Position numbers and translations under genes: made by a program
Notes under the pieces: generated by a model
Databases searched by the model: none
Told to the model about the DNA's origin: nothing
Seen by the model: only the letters and a program-made list of their open reading frames with translations
Source: Selaginella moellendorffii
Lineage: Eukaryota > Plantae > Lycopodiophyta
Direction: 5' to 3'
DNA: 64,000 bases
Assembly (NCBI RefSeq): GCF_000143415.4
Contig: NW_003314272.1
Location: 2,195,728-2,259,727, forward strand
Shown: positions 56,100-64,000 of the stretch, in pieces
Numbering within the stretch: the first letter of the stretch is position 1
Layout: the number at the start of each line of letters is the position of its first letter

Positions 56100-57400
56100 T
56101 CTCAACCAGGCTATTCTCCTTCATGCAAACAATACTCTCCTTTCACCATGCTAGATTCTACTCATTTCGAGCAATAGTGAGAGCATTCCTCTCACTAAGC
56201 AAATGCTTTTCATGCTTTTGCTCATGCTTTGAAAAGCATTTACTCATGCTTTTCTCAGCCTTCTTTGAGTTCTTCCACTTCCTTGAACTCTCTAGCACTT
56301 GTGTAGCATCTCCAAGAGGATCAACACCATCCTCGGGATCCTCCTTGTGAGCTTCCTCCTCCAGAGCATTTGAATCAGTAAGAAATGTTGGAGATGTCGA
56401 TGCTTGCTTTGCCAAGAATTCATCCATGATGTTGAAGTACTTGACTGGGAACACTTTCAAGTTCAACGTCACAGGCATAAACTACTTCACATCCTTGTGG
56501 CTCAAGCTGAAGTAGTTGGGGTTCCCAATTTTCCTCTAGAAATCACAAACACACTTGTAGTCATTGCAAAGGTTATTCCAGTGAGTCTAGCAAGCCTTCT
56601 AGTCCCATTGTATGCCGGCATCTTACATCTTCTTTGCAATCCTCTTCCAGTGAGTGGTTGCTGTCAATGTTGTCTCCTCACTGCCCTGCATTACCCCGAT
56701 CTTTCCAAGATGATCTTCCCATTTGAAGTCAATGAAGGAAACTATCTCATTGTCCCCTCAGTTTTTCCCATGTTTCTTCCTCACTTTCTTTGTGACATGA
56801 ACACCTACCTCCCCTTCTTTGTCGTCATCGCCCTCCTCTTCATCACCCCCATCATCTTCTTCTGCCTCTTGCTCAATGGCAACATTGTCCTACTCCTCCA
56901 AGTTATGAAACCACAGCTGCATATACTAATATCCTGGTGATTGCTCCTACTCCAGGTCACCTACTTCACCACCCTAAACCCAAAACCACTCTCCTAGAAA
57001 CTTTGAGTTAAACTTGGGATGAAGCTTACCTTATTAGTTGTCGTAGAAGAGAATTTAGAGAACAATCGAGTTCTAGAAGCTGTGGGGGGAGAGGCTCCAT
57101 TTCCCCATGCTCCAGCTCTGGGTCTGCCCTAGTTGAGGCCAAGATCCACGAGCTTGGCATCTCCACGGCCTCGGCCTCGAGGCCGCCTGCCTCCTCGAGC
57201 GATAGCTAAGCCTGATCCTTGTTCTCTAGCCCTGGATGCGACTCCACTACAGTTGCTCCTCACTCCACAAGCAGCACCTCCGCACTGGATGCCACTGCCC
57301 TAAACCCGCACCATCTCCTCGTCAAACCCTACAACTCCTCCTTCCCCAAAATTGGCTGCTCCTCCTTCCTCCACCGAATCCCCAACATGATCTAACTTAG
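56100..57400 (-). pseudogene. Probable Harbinger ORF1 (Myb/trihelix-type DNA-binding partner) remnant
   Basis: Upstream of and co-oriented with the transposase; KYFNIMDEFL, acidic/basic coiled-coil stretches; stops. Confidence 0.5.
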
Positions 57401-57656
57401 GGAGCCAACCTTTGCGATTATTGAGCTAACGGCAATCCCAGCTCTCGGCAAAAAAACTGAAACGCCCTACTCAAGGTGCTGGAATCTTTAGGGAATCTTG
57501 GAGATTCCTTTTAAAAATATTTTAAGATTAAAAGAACCCCTCCCCCCCATTGATTTTCTGGTCTGAATGTTTTAAAAAGTGAAAAACATTGTGTTAAAGT
57601 TAGCACTATATGTGAATAAAAATGTTTTCAAAAATATTCTAAATCTTAATGTAAAG

Positions 57657-58801
57657 TGTAGCGCACCTTATCTCTCTCCCCTTAAGCCAACTGGAAAAGG
57701 GGCAATTGCTTGATAAGAGAGCCCTTAGTGGCTATTTTATCCCCATTTATCCCCCAAGGTTCCAAGGATCTACGGTGATAGTATATCCAAATCTCATCCC
57801 ATGATCACATGCACTACACTCACCCCCCCTTCAGAGATGTCAATGTCCTCATTGACTATTGACTAACAACCCCTACTGAGCCAAGGGGAACCAGCACTTC
57901 CATTTCCGCACTCAATCTACCAATCCTTCCATTGTATAAACTAGCTATTCCATGTGAGGCAACTAATCATCCACCCGTACCGCAATCCCACGGTGGATAC
58001 CTTCATCCGTGAATACTCCACACAAGAGGAATGACGTACGCATGGATGCCCAATACGTACGATTTCAAATTTAAGGGTAGGAATATACCTTGCTCAAGGG
58101 TATATTATATTTTTAAGTAGCCACTAATCAATGGGAATCGAACTCGTGCCATTTGCTCCGATACCAACTGTAGCGCACGTGGTTTTGACCCTTTATCCTA
58201 TGGTGATTTACCATAGGATAACATCACGAAGCGGAACCTAAACCCTCTTTGTGCCACGTGACAGATGCCATGTGTCACATGCCACATGTCCATGCCACGT
58301 GTCCATAAGAACCCGAGGTTCAAGGCCTTGGGCCACTGAACAAAGGAATGGTGCCCAAACTCCCAAGCGTGGAGCCAAGGAGTGATGGAACCGGACCACG
58401 GAGCAACTCCCGAGCATAAAGCCCAAGGAGCGAAGGGACAGGGGCCTGGAGTGACTTGGAATAGTCCTGAAGCAACCAGCATCCCAATGCCAGGACCAGC
58501 ATGCAAAACGGAGCCAAACGGAGTCTGGCACTATTTCGGCATACCGGTGGCTTAACGTGAGAGTATGGGTACTCCACCAGCTAGCATGGAATGGAACTTG
58601 GGCTTAGACCCAAGCCGGACGCAGAACAAGGACAGGCACGCAAGCGGGAGCTAGACTATGCCTCTGATACCAACTGGAAAAGGGGCAATTGCTTGATGAG
58701 AGAGCCCTTAGTGGCTATTTTATCCCCATTTATCCCCCAAGGTTCCAAGGATCCACGGTGACAGTATATCCAAATCTCATCCCATGATCACATGCGCTAC
58801 A
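57657..58801 (-). mobile_element. TRIM (second family), with unequal LTRs and two Met-i PBS motifs; TSD TAAAG
   Basis: TAAAG at 57652-57656 and 58802-58806; 3' LTR 57657-57818; PBS at about 58155-58166 and about 58662-58672; shared LTR part 58675-58801. Confidence 0.9.
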
Positions 58802-59107
58802 TAAAGTAATTTAATTATTTTAAAATATACTGCAAATGTATTGCGAATGCCTCCACTAGCACTTAATCAGTCAGAAGGCTAAGCGTTTGGCTAAAAGGTG
58901 CTGGTTACAACATCTCTAAATCCCCAGAATGTGAAAAATGCTCAGATAGACCACTTGCTATAGTCTTCATGTATCCAGACGAGTTTGACACCTTGACTAC
59001 GCTCTAGGAGGAAGAAGAGTTGGAGAAATGAGCTTGTGAGCTCCAAGGCTGCTCTTTGGAACAACATTTAGGACGATCATGACATGATGGAGCTTGATCA
59101 TGTTTAT

Positions 59108-59773
59108 TGTGAGACACAAAATCCCTATGCCCCAAAGTGGAGCTGGAAAGGGTGCCACGTGGTAATGGCTGAAGTGAAAGCCAAACGAGCATGACCCATT
59201 TGGACTAAAAGCTCCAACTTGGAAGGTCGAGAGTGGGAGTGGAACTCCTAACAAAGTGCTTGAGGAACAAGCACAAAGCGAGCAATAAGCGAGGCTCCAA
59301 AAAGGGACCCAAAAGGACCAACACATGACACGTGGAAGTGTTTGAGATGGGGTCCGAGATGGACCAAGACGGAGTCCGAGATGGAGTCCGAGATGGAGTC
59401 CGAGATGGAGTCCGAAGTGGAGTCCGAGATGGAGTCCAAGATGGACCGAGACGGAGTTCGAGATGGAGTCTGAGATGGACCGAGATGGAGTCCGAGATGG
59501 AGTCCGAAGTGGAGTCCGAGATGGAGTCCGAAGTGGAGTCCGAGATGGACTGAGACGGAGTCCGAGATGGTGTTCGAGATGGACCGAGATGGAGTCCGAC
59601 ATGGAGTCCGAGGTGGAGTCCGAGATGGAGTCCGAGATGGAGTCCGAAGTGGAGTCCGAGATGGAGTCTGAGATGGACCGAGACGGAGTCCGAGATGGAC
59701 CCGAGATGGAATCCGAGATGGAGTCCGAGAAGGACCCAAGATGGAGTCCGAGGTCGAGACTGAGACCGGGACT

Positions 59774-59804
<31 letters not shown>

Positions 59805-60927
59805 GGACCGAGACCGAGACCAAGACCGGGACCGAGACCGAGACCGAGGCAGAGGCCGAGACCGAGCCCGAGTCTGAGTCCGAGTCCGAGTCCGAGTCCG
59901 AGTCCGAGTTCGAGTTCGAGTCCAAGTTCGAGTCTGAGAGGGTGAAAGCCCAAAGCGTTCGTCTCCCAGACTCTGGGGGGTTTGGTGAGCTCCAAAAGTA
60001 TAGTAAGGGGGAGGACTGCAGTGGAGCCAGTTTGGCCAGGAAAGGCTAGTTTGGCCCAGGAAGGCCAGACCCAGTGTTGGGTGATGAACTGACCACTGGG
60101 AAGTCCAAGACTAGAGTGAATAATGACCGACAAGTGGGGTAGCTTGGTGAAGTGTTCAAGAGCCGGCTCTAGTTCCCCCAGGAGATCGACTGGCCGATGC
60201 TCCCAGTCCAAGTGTGGGTGGCACTACCTACTTGGATACCAGGCGTGGCTCAACGGAACCTCGCTCTAAGCCCATGGCTAGAGCACCTAAAGGCGAAAAG
60301 TGGGGAGAGTACCCAGGTGGCTCGCGTAAGGCCACGGTGTTTTGAAATGTTGTCCCAAAGGCCCAGACTGTGGAAAGGAAGAGGAGCAGTCCTCTGGGGT
60401 AGTGACCAAGGACACAGTCGTGTGGTGAGGAAGTCCCAGAGGACCGTGGGACTTAGTGGTCGGGCCTGTGGGCCTCGATCCAGTAGTAGTGTTGGTGAAC
60501 ACGGCCATGGACAGTAAAGGGACTTGGTGGGGACCAGAAAAGGGACATTGGGGGAAGGCAATTCCCCATGTCTGTCGGCATCCTAAGGATGCTAAAGAGT
60601 GGATCTGGGATGATCACTCATGAACGGATGGCCCAGTCTTTGAGGGACGATAGAGGTGGTGTTAGACCACCGGTGTGACCAAGGTGAATGGGCATGGCCT
60701 TAGCGTAACGGGCTGATATGTTGGTGGTACCTTGGAGTGTCGGTCATGGGATCGGTCACGTGGAGCACTTGGACCAAGTGCAAAGGTTGGGTGGCAGGGA
60801 TGCCATTCTCGGGGCTAGCAAGCCCAAGTTTGAAATAGGACTTATGGAGGTTGTGAGTGAGAATTCTCCAATTGGTCGGAGGTGTGGTTAAGTGACTAAA
60901 GTAGAATGGAAAAATTAATCGCTTACA
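59108..60927 (+). mobile_element. 5' LTR (1820 bp) of a large LTR retrotransposon
   Basis: TGTGAGACAC...ATCGCTTACA followed by ACT-TGGTATCGGAGC (Met-i PBS 60931-60942). Confidence 0.93.
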
Positions 60928-63900
60928 ACTTGGTATCGGAGCTATTCCTTAGTCCGACTTTTATTGGTGCTCAAGTATATCACCATTGATGTTGGCATTG
61001 GAAGGTCCTAGGAGTGGGCCTATCCTTTAGGAGTAGCATGTCGAGAGGACATGGCTCTCCACTCAAGTTCATGCGTGAACTTGGGCACGATGTGGTGGAT
61101 AGAAAAGGGCCAATAATAGAACGACTTTGGGATCTTGGGAACAGTATAAGGTTTCCTCAGAGAGCTGAGGATGTGATCTAGATGAGCGTTTGACGCAGCA
61201 AACGGGCTAACGTAGTTGTGGTAAACAACTATAATTGGGATCACGAGAAAGATGTAGACTCCAAAATAATAAAGGAGTCACAAGATTACCCTCATATAGT
61301 TGAGGCCGGTGCTCATAACTTTGAGACCGGAATTGATGACCATGGGAGGTCAAATATAGGAGAGGACACAAGTCCTCGAAATGGTAGCTGAGGTTACCCT
61401 TGATAAATGCTGGAACAACTCAAGGAGTTGGGGATGTACTTAGAGGATGAGTTGGTATTTTCATCACATGGACAAGTGGTCCTAAGAGGCAAAAGGTTGC
61501 CCCAAGAGAACAAATCAAGTGTCGGAGTAACACTTGCAAAGATGGTCCTTGTGAGTAGGACCTGAATACAAGAAGTTGTATTCCAGTGAACTGGCACCTC
61601 AAAGGTAGGACATCATGGGTTGTCGGATGACAAAGTCCAAAAAGCTGGATGACTCCAATAGAGTCAAGGAATAATCCTAAAGGATTGATGGAAGCATTTG
61701 GACTGAGGTGTGTGGTACCTCACGAAGGATGGGGGGTATCATAAGATCCAAGGATGAGAACAAAGGGTATCTCATCGATGGCAAAATATGCCATGCTAAA
61801 GTCGTGGGAAGGGTGTTCCCAAAAGAAAACAACTTTGAAACAAAGTTGTGTATGACCTCTATGGTGCAGTGCTAACGGATGGTTGGCATGAGAAAGAGTG
61901 GTATTGGTCTTGGCAAAGACTTAGACACAAAGAAGAAGTGTCATAGAAGTAGGCTCGTGGAGCCGATGATGTGGAGACACCAAATGTGCCAAGGTGTGAT
62001 ACTTTGAGGCTATGTTGGTGGGTTCATGAGAACCCCTTGCCAAAGGAATCCCAATGGAAATGGGAATGGCATAGCCTAAGTTGCAGAGCATACAGTTGGA
62101 GTGTGGTGACCCAGATAATGATGGAGGTGTGGAAGCACCAGCAATGAGTTGTAGGAGTTGACAACTATTGAGGCAACTAAGCAAGAGGTGCAAAATAATT
62201 GGTTAAACGGGTAGAAGGTAGCTACCCAAACCTTCTTAATAGCATAAGGAAGTTGGATATACCCTTACGGGGGATAAGTTGCTTATGTTGCGATATAGTA
62301 AGTCAATGTCATGAAAGGAAATACTCATTGTCAAGGAAGCCGTCATTGGGACACACGAACACTCTAGAACACCAGGAAGTGGTGTTTGATGTCGCGAGGG
62401 CAATAGATAATGCCCAAGGGACTAAGTCTCTAGCTAATGATGGATAGAAGGTGCTATTCAAATGTCCAAGGTGGCGGAGACAGGAGAAGACTGTCTACTC
62501 GAATTGGACAAAGCCAAAAATGGAATTTTGGCAAGGCTAGCGATGGGCATGTAAAGGCCCATAAGCAACAACGTAATCTCGGTGTGTGGGATTATAGGGT
62601 GAGCATACCTGGATTGAGGAACCACTCCCTAGGCTATCGGGTAGGTTCATCCCTAAGAATACTTGCTAAAGCATGATAGAAAGTGCAAAGCTATCCTCCT
62701 GGTCTGGAGGAGAATGACCAAGGAAAGGTGCGAAGCCAAAAGCAAGAAGTAAGGGGGTAGAACCGAACCATAGGAATCGAAGGGCATAACCAAGGTTGGT
62801 TATGCCAGCTGGGAGTGGAGAATCAAGTGGGGGCTCAAGGGTGTTGCCGCTAGCAACCATGATGCCATGGAGAGTCTAAAATATGGAATTGTCCATGTTA
62901 GACTATATGGTAATTGGAAAGCTTGCAAAAAGGGAGGCCTTAAAAAGCTAAAGGACAGAGTTCCTTCAAGGTTCCCAAAGATGATTCTAGGTAGCTTAGT
63001 ACCTAGAAAGGCCAAACGTAAATGGTTCAAGGAACACGCGAAATCAGAGTGGCGCAGCAGAAGCGTGGTCTTGAAGCTTGCCATGAGGCAAGGCTATCAA
63101 GGTTAGGGAAGTAGTTCCCGAGTGTTCAAAGAGAGGGCTTTGAATGAAAGTCGATGATCAAGGGCTTTCATGCTTGTGCAGGAACCATGTTACAGTGGTC
63201 GGAGGGCTTGCCAAAGCGAGATTGGCAAGTCAGGGGAACAAATACCCTAGTTGAAGGTGATAACTTCAAAAGGGGTGGGCCATGGGGCCAAGCATGGAGG
63301 AGTCCATGTATGATCACAGACTTGTCAAGTGAGAGGACTTGGCAGTGTGGAGGAACTAGGTTCCTAAGCTGTGATCTGTAGCGCGCTTTGAGTATAAGTT
63401 GGTGCACTGGCATGGGGAGTCACGCCAGGCATCCTGGGTGATGCCGTCCGTAGATGCATATACGGAGGTTGGGTTTGAGTCCCGACCCTCTAATGCTTGG
63501 GTTCGAGTCCCAAATCGCTAGGGCGTGGTGATGGTTTGGAATATGAGGACACTCATATTTCGGTGGTCATGGACTCTCAATGAGGAGATTGGCTTGGGCA
63601 CACCGCCAAGCGGGGGATGCCCCGGAGTCGTGATGCACGGTTAGATTGCTTAGAGTGAAAGCTTGGCATATCTAACTTGAACACTTTGGTGCAAAAGGCA
63701 CCAAGGACGTACTGAATGAGATAGGGACACCCAGTCTTAGTTGCTATGGATCCTTGGTCAAAAGGGCTAGCTTGGGCGCACTGCCAAGTGTGGGGGATGC
63801 CCCCGGGGTCATAGTCAACAACTTAGTAAGGTCTGGAAGACCTAATTCCTATTGGTAGACCTATTAAGGGGTCAAGATGAGATCACTAGGTGATCTTATG

Positions 63901-64000
63901 GCTAAACAAGGACAAGGTCTTTGTTTGGGTTAAGGAATATGATTCCTAGTTCAAAGTGTTGATTTAAACTATTGATAAAGGTGTGGCTTGGTCAAGGTGA
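60928..64000 (+). mobile_element. Decayed internal region of the LTR element (non-autonomous, probably Ty3/gypsy-derived); runs off the window end
   Basis: Follows the PBS; no long ORF; faint integrase/chromodomain-like fragments at about 62450-63100. Confidence 0.65.

Noticed and set aside
55156-56177. Long low-complexity ORFs (SDSD/GLGL/SPSP), also at 58997-60211
   Set aside because: Artefacts of stop-free hexamer arrays inside LTRs; reading frames are not conserved between the copies.

Overview
Eukaryotic nuclear DNA from a very compact land-plant genome. Introns of about 50-70 nt, intergenic gaps of about 100 bp and many PLS-type PPR genes suggest the lycophyte Selaginella (inference). 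About 2.9-36 kb and 45-51.6 kb are gene-dense: PHT4-type anion transporter, an orphan spliced gene, MSP1/ATAD1-like AAA ATPase, exocyst SEC5, SULTR4, a WIYLD-like + multi-RRM-like protein, CPN10, three PPR genes, BUD13, an AT-rich secreted bulb-lectin gene, non-specific phospholipase C, tonoplast dicarboxylate transporter, RPS10, a myristoylation-type acidic protein, ABCI20 and a Crinkler-type nuclease-kinase gene. The rest is transposon-derived: (i) a three-level nest at 37.3-41.4 kb (solo LTR > solo LTR > 5S-rRNA-carrying Cassandra-type TRIM composite); (ii) a dead PIF/Harbinger element at about 52-57.5 kb hit by several LTR/TRIM insertions with intact TSDs; (iii) the 5' LTR, PBS and decayed internal region of a large LTR element running off the window end. 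Highlights: a head-to-head Cassandra composite with two U5 ends inside one 5-bp TSD; an old Cassandra copy at 169-562 eroded almost only by C>T/G>A in all contexts (RIP-like signature); the REase-kinase gene; the WIYLD-RRM architecture; and the AT-rich lectin gene.
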